From IMG/VR virus record IMGVR_UViG_3300015607_004160: a DNA stretch of 64,000 nt. The stretch is one strand, 5' to 3'. The stretch's first letter is position 1. Every line of letters begins with the position of its first letter. Both the position numbers and the translations under genes were made by a program. Below the pieces are notes generated by a model that made no database searches, was not told the origin of the DNA, and was given only the letters and a program-made list of their open reading frames with translations. Of the stretch, positions 1 to 8,612 are shown piece after piece. Origin of the DNA: a virus. Taxonomy: Duplodnaviria > Caudoviricetes.

Positions 1-1145
1 TGGAATCCTTGAAGACCTTGAACCCCCTGAATACCCGTAGGCCCTTGTGCACCACCGCCTGGTCCAGTTGGTCCAAAATTACCTTGAAATCCTTGTTCAC
101 CAGTTCCTTGAAATCCTTGGATTCCCTGAAATCCTTGAAATCCTTGTATACCAGTAGCACCTACATTTCCTTGTGCACCACCTCCAGGTCCAGTTGGTCC
201 AAAATTGCCCTGAAACCCTTGACCACCACCAGCAGGACCTTGATATCCTTGTATGCCGGTAAGCCCCGATGACTCATAACTAGGATGATTATTCAATAAT
301 AATCCAGTTGTATCTGATATTTTAATATAGGTCGGAAATATATAGCTTGCAGGCTTTGTTTCAGTTAAATTATATGAACTCAATGAGTCAAAGTATACAA
401 GACCTCCAGTAGCTCCTGGTAACGGAGTTTCTAAATTATTAACAACTCTACCAAATGGTCTTACTGATATTCTACCTGGATCACTTTCCACATATGTTAC
501 AATACCAAATGCTCTAGTGAATGTTGTTGATTTGTTTGCATCAGTTATTTTTTCAAATTTACTACTAGTATTTAAGTAAACGTAATCACCTACGGAAAAT
601 CCTGTATATGTTATATCATCTTGATTTACCTCATAATAATCAAAAATATAATTTCTAAACCTAAATCTGTTAATTAGATCAGCTATCCAATATGTAGTAA
701 ATGGTAGTGTTCCTGATTGTGATGTTATTGGATTATAAATTGGTAATCCATCTAATCCTATTTGTACAATTGCACCAAACTGATCTTCTTCAGGAAGGTT
801 ATTACCCAATTGTGTATAATCGGATAATAGATTGAAGACCTCTTTATCTTCTATTATTACAATTAGTTCATAGTCATTTGTTACAGATACAATTGATTTT
901 ATACGATATATTCTACCTGATGGTAGACCAAACCAGTCATCTATCTCCAAATCATTTGCATCATAGATAAATGGAGTTGGTGTAGTTGCACTTGAATGAA
1001 ATTGTAAATTAATTTGTAGTGTTACCTGGAATGTTTCTGGATAACCATAATATATACTAGCCGTCGCACCATACGTTGATTGTACGGATGTTGTACCAAA
1101 TTTTATTTTGGCTGGTATTAATTTTGGCGGATTTATGATCGACAT
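1..1145 (-). CDS. Collagen-like (Gly-X-Gln) virion or fibre protein; runs off the window edge
   Basis: Not in the ORF track. ATG at 1145 gives MSIINPPKLIPAKIKFGTTSVQSTYG; the same frame at 3-270 reads GAQGPTGIQGVQGLQGF repeats; AATATATA motif upstream. Middle part not checked codon by codon. Confidence 0.8.
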   Translation of the reverse strand, partial: MSIINPPKLIPAKIKFGTTSVQSTYGATASIYYGYPETFQVTLQINLQFHSSATTPTPFIYDANDLEIDDWFGLPSGRIYRIKSIVSVTNDYELIVIIEDKEVFNLLSDYTQLGNNLPEEDQFGAIVQIGLDGLPIYNPITSQSGTLPFTTYWIADLINRFRFRNYIFDYYEVNQDDITYTGFSVGDYVYLNTSSKFEKITDANKSTTFTRAFGIVTYVESDPGRISVRPFGRVVNNLETPLPGATGGLVYFDSLSSYNLTETKPASYIFPTYIKISDTTGLLLNNHPSYESSGLTGIQGYQGPAGGGQGFQGNFGPTGPGGGAQGNVGATGIQGFQGFQGIQGFQGTGEQGFQGNFGPTGPGGGAQGPTGIQGVQGLQGF

Positions 1146-1160
1146 ACATAACTATATATT

Positions 1161-2183
1161 TTATATTTGTGCTTGAAACGTTATAACAACCTCAGTTGTA
1201 CCAGTTTGGGCACATCCTGTTGATAAATAAGTAACCCCATATAATGAAAAATAACTAAAATCACTAGGTTGTACTAAGGTACAATAAGTTGTACCACCAG
1301 TACTTTTTCCATAAACTGCAATAGAATAAATATTCCCACTATTTAATCCATGAGTTGTCATATTTAAAATTCTATTAAGTGGATGATATACTTTTAACAG
1401 ATAGTTATTGCCGCTATTACCAATAGGATCACTAGACCATCCAGCTGCTGACCACGTTGATCCATTATGAATTATTGTTCCATCAGAAGAAGAGGCTCCT
1501 AATATTGAATCCGGTACTCCACTAACAATATTTAATTTTATACCATATCCGGTTATGATACCAGATGTCGCTCCAGATGTACCTGGTGTCCCAGCTACTC
1601 CCTGCGGTCCTTGAAAACCAGTTACACCAGTTGTAGTTGATCCTTGAAATCCTTGAGATCCAGTAGCTCCGAGTCCTTGAAACCCTTGAAAACCTTGCCT
1701 TCCTTGTACCCCCTGAAGCCCTTGAGCTCCCTGAACCCCACTACCAGTTATACCAATCCCTTGAAATCCTTGCATTCCTTGAAATCCTTGTATACCAGTA
1801 CTACCTAAATTTCCTTGTACTCCTTGTAACCCCTGAAGGCCTTGAAATCCTTGAAATCCTTGTCTTCCTTGAAGACCTTGAAGACCTTGACTACCAGTTA
1901 TACCAGCGCCTTGCCATCCTTGTAATCCAACGATTCCTTGAAACCCTTGACTCCCTTCATATCCTTGAAACCCCTGAGGTCCACCACCAGGTCCGGTTGG
2001 ACCACCAGGTCCAGTTGCTCCAACGTTTGTATAGAATAGTTCCCATAATGTGAATAATGAATTTCTAACTGCTGTTGAACCAATTAATTGTCTGTTATTA
2101 TCTAAAACAGAGGCTAACATATCATCCAATGAATTAAATGTAACTGAATATGTAGCCGTCCCAGGTGTTCCGTATGTAGACAT
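1161..2183 (-). CDS. Collagen-like protein with central GFQ/GLQ triplet repeats
   Basis: About 45 Gly-X-Y triplets flanked by globular-looking regions. Confidence 0.8.
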   Translation of the reverse strand: MSTYGTPGTATYSVTFNSLDDMLASVLDNNRQLIGSTAVRNSLFTLWELFYTNVGATGPGGPTGPGGGPQGFQGYEGSQGFQGIVGLQGWQGAGITGSQGLQGLQGRQGFQGFQGLQGLQGVQGNLGSTGIQGFQGMQGFQGIGITGSGVQGAQGLQGVQGRQGFQGFQGLGATGSQGFQGSTTTGVTGFQGPQGVAGTPGTSGATSGIITGYGIKLNIVSGVPDSILGASSSDGTIIHNGSTWSAAGWSSDPIGNSGNNYLLKVYHPLNRILNMTTHGLNSGNIYSIAVYGKSTGGTTYCTLVQPSDFSYFSLYGVTYLSTGCAQTGTTEVVITFQAQI

Positions 2184-2259
2184 CTATTTATTTTATTTTA
2201 TTTATATATCTATATATTTAATTTGGAAATCCTTTAAGTGATTTTTTATATATAACCTT

Positions 2260-2718
2260 ATGAAGTATGTTAAATCATTTAATGAAAGTAGTTCACAAAG
2301 GCTATATAAATATCTTGGAGAAACAAATTCTCCGATATGGGCTAATAATCTACGTGATATACTAGATAATAAAATAATAATTTCAAATAAGCCATATCTC
2401 AGTAATAATATCGATAAAAAACATCTATTAGAGATCGATAATCTATTTTCTACCTTTGGACTAAATAAACATGTTTTGTATGAGGATATAAAAGATGTTA
2501 CTAATTCTAGATTTGGTAATTGTTGGTTTTTTTATTCAGATATTAATAGAATGAAAAAAAATGCACCAGAATTTGATATTTGTGTACAAACATTTGAAGA
2601 TGAGTGGTATTTGGTTAATGTTGGTTGGAAATTTGATAATAATAATTGGTACCTATGTGACCAATTTGCTGGGTTGGAACAATTTACTCAATCGCTTAAG
2701 ATTTTGCACAATCGTTAG
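2260..2718 (+). CDS. Hypothetical protein with N-terminal tag and DEWY..CD.F.GL C-terminal module
   Basis: MKYVKSFNES start; FEDEWYLV...WYLCDQFAGLEQ. Confidence 0.7.
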   Translation: MKYVKSFNESSSQRLYKYLGETNSPIWANNLRDILDNKIIISNKPYLSNNIDKKHLLEIDNLFSTFGLNKHVLYEDIKDVTNSRFGNCWFFYSDINRMKKNAPEFDICVQTFEDEWYLVNVGWKFDNNNWYLCDQFAGLEQFTQSLKILHNR

Positions 2719-2773
2719 TTGATGATAAACTAAATTATCTTTCGATCATATATATCTAAAATATATCTATGAA

Positions 2774-4474
2774 ATGTTAATTAGTGAAATATCAATCAGA
2801 GGATTTAAATCATATGGAAATAACCCACAAATATTAAAACTAAGCACTGAAAAAGGAGAACTAATATTATTAGTTGGTGCTAATGGATCTGGAAAATCCT
2901 CCTTACTTGACTCCTTCGACTATGTTTTATATGGAAAAGTTCGTGGTAAAAAGAAGAAATGGACAACACTCTCTACACTACCTAACAGGATTAATAACGA
3001 ACTATTAAATTCAATTAAGTTTATATCTAATGGTACCCATGTTGAGGTTCAAAGAGGTATTAATCCTAGTACTTTGAATTTAATTGAAAATGAAATGCCA
3101 AATGATAGGGCGGGTAAATCTAACTTAGACGAAAAAATAGAAAACTATATTGGTGTTGATATTGAAACATTTAAATCATTTATTTCAATGAGTATTAACG
3201 ATTTTAAAAATTTCATTTCACTATCTAATGAAGAGAAGCAATTATTATTAGATAAGTTGTTTAATCTTGAAGTAATTAATATCCTCAATACAATATTAAA
3301 AGATTTAAATAAGACAAATAAATTACAACTAACAAGATACGATTCTGAAATATCTACACTAAATGACTCTATTGAATCAATTAAAAGGTCAATTCAAAAA
3401 TCCATTGAGAAAGAAAAACAAGATATACAAACGGAGATTGATAAGATTAAAGAAGATATGGAGTCTAAAAAAGAAGATTATCAAAAACTTAAAGAAAAAG
3501 TAGATAAGATAAAACTTAAAGAAAAAGAAATTAAAGAAGATATTGATAAGGAAAGAGAACAATATATCAATATTCAAAATGATATTAAATTAGTAGATAA
3601 GGATATTACACTTTATAATTCTGGAAAATGTCCCGTTTGTAAGACAGATTTTGATAGTGATCACTTTCATAATTTAAAGGATATACTAATTGAAAAAAAG
3701 AAAAGCCTAGAAGAAATTCGGGTAGAGGTTGATGGTAATATTAAACTAGTTAAGGAAAGACAAACTAAATTACAGAAAATGTCTGAAGATACTAATCAAG
3801 CTTTTAATGACATTACCTATCTATTGAGGAATTATAAATCACAGATTGAAAAGTTACAGTCTCAAAAGGATAGAGAATCAGGGCAATCAAATCAAAATGT
3901 GTCAGAGTTTGAAAATACAATAGTCGAGCTAGAAGAAAGAAGAACTACTAGCTACGAATATTCATCTGTTTGTAAAGACAAAGAGTTATACTATAAAGAG
4001 TTATCTAAAATTTTTAGTGAGGATGGAGTTAAGAAGACAATTATATCTGGTATTATCAAACCTATTAATCATTTCATAAATGAGAATATTAAAAAGATGA
4101 GTCTTCCCTTTCAAGTTCAATTAGATGAGACATTCACTGCTGAGATAAAGCATCTTGGAAATCCAATTGAGCATGATTCGTTAAGTACTGGTGAAACAAA
4201 GAGAATTAATATTGCAATATTAATTGCATATTTAAAATTAATAAGAACTAAAAAGCATATTAATATTTTATTTTTAGATGAGGTATTTTCTTCAATTGAT
4301 ATTGAAGGAATTGAGTCTATACTTGATTTATTGAAGGATTTTGCTTTTAATTATAATATTAATATCTTTGTTGTACACCACGCGATTATGAATCAGGAAT
4401 ACTTTGATAGAATAATCAAAATTAATAAGGATGTATTTTCGACAATGGAGGAAATTATTGTAGATAATTCGTAA
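2774..4474 (+). CDS. Recombination endonuclease ATPase subunit (T4 gp46/SbcC/Rad50-like)
   Basis: Walker A GANGSGKSS, coiled coils, zinc hook CPVC, signature LSTGE, Walker B FLDE, H-loop VVHH. Confidence 0.92.
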   Translation: MLISEISIRGFKSYGNNPQILKLSTEKGELILLVGANGSGKSSLLDSFDYVLYGKVRGKKKKWTTLSTLPNRINNELLNSIKFISNGTHVEVQRGINPSTLNLIENEMPNDRAGKSNLDEKIENYIGVDIETFKSFISMSINDFKNFISLSNEEKQLLLDKLFNLEVINILNTILKDLNKTNKLQLTRYDSEISTLNDSIESIKRSIQKSIEKEKQDIQTEIDKIKEDMESKKEDYQKLKEKVDKIKLKEKEIKEDIDKEREQYINIQNDIKLVDKDITLYNSGKCPVCKTDFDSDHFHNLKDILIEKKKSLEEIRVEVDGNIKLVKERQTKLQKMSEDTNQAFNDITYLLRNYKSQIEKLQSQKDRESGQSNQNVSEFENTIVELEERRTTSYEYSSVCKDKELYYKELSKIFSEDGVKKTIISGIIKPINHFINENIKKMSLPFQVQLDETFTAEIKHLGNPIEHDSLSTGETKRINIAILIAYLKLIRTKKHINILFLDEVFSSIDIEGIESILDLLKDFAFNYNINIFVVHHAIMNQEYFDRIIKINKDVFSTMEEIIVDNS

Positions 4475-4506
4475 AAACTTAATAAAGTATTAGATATATA
4501 AAATAT

Positions 4507-4758
4507 ATGAAAAATAAAAAGGCTGTTTTTAAATTTATTTTAATTTTTATTTTATCTTTTATTATTTTTGAAATAATTGAAAGATTGATAGAATATTTTT
4601 TTAAAATAGACTTACATAATTTAAAATGGGGTTGGATTGGATTTGCAATTGCTTATGGATTTAAATATCATATTCTTTGTTGTTTAATCCCAGCTATATG
4701 GGCAACATATAAATGCAGACATAAAAAGTGTGAACATGAGTATTGCGATAAGTCCTAA
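4507..4758 (+). CDS. Small membrane protein with Cys/His-rich tail
   Basis: Hydrophobic segments; ends CRHKKCEHEYCDKS. Confidence 0.6.
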   Translation: MKNKKAVFKFILIFILSFIIFEIIERLIEYFFKIDLHNLKWGWIGFAIAYGFKYHILCCLIPAIWATYKCRHKKCEHEYCDKS

Positions 4759-4996
4759 TGCAATTGTTAAAATAAAAAATTGTATAATAGAAAAAATGCC
4801 AGCTGTATTAATACAAACTGAAAGTGGATCATCCATACATATTGACGATTGCTTTATTCAATATATGGATATGATATCTTTTTTATTGGGAATCGAAATA
4901 AGTTATGAGGAGTTTAGCAAATTAAATTCAGAGGAGAGGAAAGCATATATAATTGGAATAAAAAGAAATATTAAATTAAAAAAATTAGATATATAA
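4730..4996 (+). CDS. Hypothetical protein (C-terminal tag)
   Basis: Packed in operon; ends KRNIKLKKLDI. Confidence 0.6.
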   Translation: MNMSIAISPNAIVKIKNCIIEKMPAVLIQTESGSSIHIDDCFIQYMDMISFLLGIEISYEEFSKLNSEERKAYIIGIKRNIKLKKLDI

Positions 4997-5009
4997 AGAA
5001 AAATATCTT

Positions 5010-5198
5010 ATGTTAATAGTCGAAATAAAACCAGGAGATAATATTGATAAAGCTCTAAAAAAGTTCAAAAAGAAATTTGAATCAACTAAGGCACTCAGAG
5101 AATTAAGAGCTCGAAAAGAATATATTAAACCTTCTGAAAAAAGAAGAGCAGAAATTAATAAGGCCATTTATATAAATAAAAAATATGGGCAAGAATAA
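5010..5198 (+). CDS. rpsU: Ribosomal protein bS21, Bacteroidota type
   Basis: MLIVEIKPGDNIDKALKKFKKK...ELRARKEYIKPSEKRR...KAIY. Confidence 0.93.
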   Translation: MLIVEIKPGDNIDKALKKFKKKFESTKALRELRARKEYIKPSEKRRAEINKAIYINKKYGQE

Positions 5199-5201
5199 AC
5201 T

Positions 5202-5513
5202 TTGATAAAATCCACAGGTGATATTTTAGATATTAAAACTGAATATGCTAAATTTACCGTTAATGTTAAATTTGGATCTGATTATTCTGATAAAATTAAA
5301 GAAATATTTGAATCATATAGTCAGGATTTAGATCTTAGAGATGCTATTGACTATGATATACCATCAGACCAAGTTAAATTTGATACATGGAAGCCACTAA
5401 TAAACAAATATACACTGAGTGATGGCAATTCTTATGATGAATCAGAATTAGTCGTTGGTGCTGAAAATATAAGGGATTCTCAAATACATAGTATTTTACA
5501 AGATGGGATTTAA
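5202..5513 (+). CDS. Hypothetical protein (C-terminal tag)
   Basis: Ends IRDSQIHSILQDGI. Confidence 0.6.
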   Translation: MIKSTGDILDIKTEYAKFTVNVKFGSDYSDKIKEIFESYSQDLDLRDAIDYDIPSDQVKFDTWKPLINKYTLSDGNSYDESELVVGAENIRDSQIHSILQDGI

Positions 5514-5937
5514 TAAGAGATATGTCGAAAAAGCTGAGGTTTTATTTCAACTTAAAAATAAAAGCTTATATCCAATAATAAGAGATCATAAAATTGATTT
5601 ACTATTTAAAGCAGACGCTCTTATTATGGATAGTTGGGTTGGTAGATTTTATAGTGATTTAAATTCCAAAGAGCGTCAAATAAGAAGAAATCTTCATGAG
5701 AGATATAGATTTGATTCTGGAGCTTCCTTTATTTATGACGATGATTATAAAGATTTAACTTCTTTTAGTGAAGCTTTAATATCCTTGTGTGATGATGATT
5801 CTGCCTCTTGGATTGATATACACATGGTAATAAACAAATTAAATGTTAAAATTGATAATGATACTGAATCAGGAAAATATACCATTTTAAGACAAAAGTG
5901 TATTGATGCTATTATCAATCATTTTGACGGGAAATAA
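5503..5937 (+). CDS. Hypothetical protein
   Basis: 144-aa ORF overlapping its neighbours. Confidence 0.6.
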   Translation: MGFNKRYVEKAEVLFQLKNKSLYPIIRDHKIDLLFKADALIMDSWVGRFYSDLNSKERQIRRNLHERYRFDSGASFIYDDDYKDLTSFSEALISLCDDDSASWIDIHMVINKLNVKIDNDTESGKYTILRQKCIDAIINHFDGK

Positions 5938-6796
5938 ATCTACTTTTTAGCTCTAACTTACAATCAATTTCTATTTTTTTAATGTCATATTCTACCTCAA
6001 GTACGAATGATGTATCATTGATCCATATATTTTCAAAATCAGGATATTCTTTTTTAAATTGTTCTATTGTTTTGACGGAAAATTTTCTTCTTAGTCCATT
6101 TAATTTTCTTATATTATTGCTTAATATACTTTTAGATACAGGTTTAAATAAAAAGAATATTTTACCATCTACAGACGAGCAATCATATGTTATTAATGAG
6201 CTATTAAAAGAATTGGTAAAATTATTTTTAAATATTTGTAATATCATATAAATTTTGTTATATATGCAATCTGATAATTTTTCTTTATATTCACCTTTGA
6301 GTAACTCTTTAAACATTGTATTTTTTTGCAAAGGACAAACGATAAATAATCTCATCCATATATTATCTTGTATTTCTCCATTTATTTTTCCGTAAGGAGA
6401 CCATTCGATGTAATCAACTCTTTTTGATAGTTGTGATATTTCACTCATTAGTAAGTTAAATATCACAATATCTTCTTTATTATATTTGAAACTAAGTAAA
6501 TCATCATTTTCTATTTCTTTTGTAATTGTTATTATATAGCCCCCTCTTATTTGATTGTTTAGCATTTTTTTTCTGAATTTTGATCTTACTGATCCAAAAG
6601 CATAATGGTCCCTAGCAATTTCCGAAAAATCTTCATCAAGATATAATTCCTTTATTTCCAATTTGAATCCATTATCAGAAATCGGTAGAAGAAAATCTTC
6701 AATATCTTCTTTTTTTATAGTAAAAATCACATCTTCTTCTGATATATCATCATCTTTGTAAGACTCAAATAACTTAATATAGTTTAAATTTTTCAT
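5915..6796 (-). CDS. Hypothetical protein (N-terminal tag)
   Basis: MKNLNYIKLFES start; 293 aa. Confidence 0.7.
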   Translation of the reverse strand: MKNLNYIKLFESYKDDDISEEDVIFTIKKEDIEDFLLPISDNGFKLEIKELYLDEDFSEIARDHYAFGSVRSKFRKKMLNNQIRGGYIITITKEIENDDLLSFKYNKEDIVIFNLLMSEISQLSKRVDYIEWSPYGKINGEIQDNIWMRLFIVCPLQKNTMFKELLKGEYKEKLSDCIYNKIYMILQIFKNNFTNSFNSSLITYDCSSVDGKIFFLFKPVSKSILSNNIRKLNGLRRKFSVKTIEQFKKEYPDFENIWINDTSFVLEVEYDIKKIEIDCKLELKSRFISRQND

Positions 6797-6839
6797 AACT
6801 TATGTATTGGTTATATATATAAATAAATAAATAACAAGA

Positions 6840-8612
6840 ATGAACTTTTCAATAAATTATTATCAACTCCTAGGATTAAATAATCAAGCTACAGATAAGG
6901 AGATAAAAAAATCTTATTATAGATTATCCTTCGAACATCATCCTGACCATGGAGGCGACCCATTGATTTTTGGTAGAATTACTGAGGGATATGATATATT
7001 AATGGACGCCAAAAAAAGAAAGGAATATGATTGTAGAAGTAAATGGGGGAAAGACTATGATGAATCTACTGAGTTTTTTAATTATGAATTTGATAATCCA
7101 TCTACTGGTTGGGATGAAGAAAAATTAAAAGATTTTAAAAAGAAAGAAAGACTAAATGTTGTTTGTAGGATTGATGACTCATTTGATGGATCAATTGAAT
7201 ATGAAAGATGGGTTGTTTGTAAGAAATGTAAGGGAACTGGTAAGGATGATAAATCTAAAATTGAAATAAAAGATGAAAGTGGAAATATAGTCAAGGTTTA
7301 TGACTCTGATGGTGGTTGTGATTTTTGTTTTGAAGAGAATAATTATGTTATTACTAAATCAGGAGCTGTTAAAATCAGTGAAATCAAAGTAAATGAAATG
7401 GTTTTATCATCAAATAATACTTATGAAAAAGTAACACATTTATTGAAAAGGGTTTACACTGGTAAGGTATTGGATATAAATGTTTCTGGTTTGAAAATAA
7501 ATGGAATAACCGACAATCACAAATTGAATATTGCTAGATTTAAAAAAAATAAACATGGTAGAATTATTATTAATGATTATGAAATTATGGAAATTCCAGC
7601 ATCCGAATTATTAATTTCTGATTATGTTATTTACCAGAATCAAATGGGATTTTCAAAAGATAAAGTAGTGCTAGAAAAAACACATAATAGAAAATCTAAA
7701 GAATTGTTGATTGATTCAAATTTTATAAAATTTATATCTTGCTATATATCAGAAGGTAACACAAGAGGTGGTAGAGTAGTCGTTTTGACTTTTCATAAGG
7801 AAAAAGATTCATCATTAATCGAGTTTATTGAAAAATATACCAAAAATCAGCTAGACTCCGAAATAAAATTTATAAGTAATGAAAAATGGGGTGATAAAGT
7901 TGCTAAAATTGAAATACATAATTCACAACTAGCTAAATTTCTTGATGATTTTTGCGGACATCTAGCAGAAAATAAATTTATTAACCCGGACATATTAGGA
8001 AAACATGATAATATTTTATTAGATACTCTACTGATGTGTGATGGATATAAAAAAAATAATTGTAGTACTTATACAACGATTTCTAAAAAATTAGCTTATC
8101 AAATATTTCACATATCTCAAAATTTAGGATATAACTCATCAATTGGTACATATAATGAATATGTAGATAAAAATGGAATTAGACATATGACTTGTTACCG
8201 TGTTTATATTACTAAATTAAAAAAAATGGGAATATCCAAAAAGGTAATTAAAGAAGGAATTTGTTTAAAAGTTAAAAGTATAGAAAAAAGAAATATTATT
8301 TCTACAAATGTTTATAATATAACCGTAAATAATACACATAAATATACAATAGATGGGCTTTTAGTAAATAATTGTGAAGGAACTGGAAAAGGATATAACG
8401 ATGAGCCTTGCACATTTTGCTTTGGACAAGGTAAAGTTGGAAGTAAGCCATGTAAAACCTGCAACGGTGAAAAAAGAATATTAGGTAAGCAAAAACTAAC
8501 AGGCATACTTTTTCCCAAAGATGCTAAAGATTTTAAAGTTGAATTCATGGGAAACTTCTCCAAAGATATCCCTGGAAAGGTAGGCCACTTATGGTTAGTT
8601 AAATCATCCTGA
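6840..8612 (+). CDS. dnaJ: DnaJ-like co-chaperone (J domain plus zinc finger) interrupted by an intein
   Basis: NYYQLLG and HHPD; CxxCxGxG repeats CKKCKGTG, CDF[intein]CEGTG, CTFCFGQG, CKTCNGEK; 241 aa after splicing. Confidence 0.85.
   Translation: MNFSINYYQLLGLNNQATDKEIKKSYYRLSFEHHPDHGGDPLIFGRITEGYDILMDAKKRKEYDCRSKWGKDYDESTEFFNYEFDNPSTGWDEEKLKDFKKKERLNVVCRIDDSFDGSIEYERWVVCKKCKGTGKDDKSKIEIKDESGNIVKVYDSDGGCDFCFEENNYVITKSGAVKISEIKVNEMVLSSNNTYEKVTHLLKRVYTGKVLDINVSGLKINGITDNHKLNIARFKKNKHGRIIINDYEIMEIPASELLISDYVIYQNQMGFSKDKVVLEKTHNRKSKELLIDSNFIKFISCYISEGNTRGGRVVVLTFHKEKDSSLIEFIEKYTKNQLDSEIKFISNEKWGDKVAKIEIHNSQLAKFLDDFCGHLAENKFINPDILGKHDNILLDTLLMCDGYKKNNCSTYTTISKKLAYQIFHISQNLGYNSSIGTYNEYVDKNGIRHMTCYRVYITKLKKMGISKKVIKEGICLKVKSIEKRNIISTNVYNITVNNTHKYTIDGLLVNNCEGTGKGYNDEPCTFCFGQGKVGSKPCKTCNGEKRILGKQKLTGILFPKDAKDFKVEFMGNFSKDIPGKVGHLWLVKSS
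7326..8372 (+). mobile_element. Intein (349 aa) with LAGLIDADG-type endonuclease
   Basis: Starts CFEENNYVITKSG; ends VYNITVNNTHKYTIDGLLVNN before Cys+1; helices FISCYISEG and LDTLLMCDG. Confidence 0.88.

Noticed and set aside
9-272. Plus-strand 87-aa ORF with SLK repeats
   Set aside because: Antisense shadow of the minus-strand collagen-like gene
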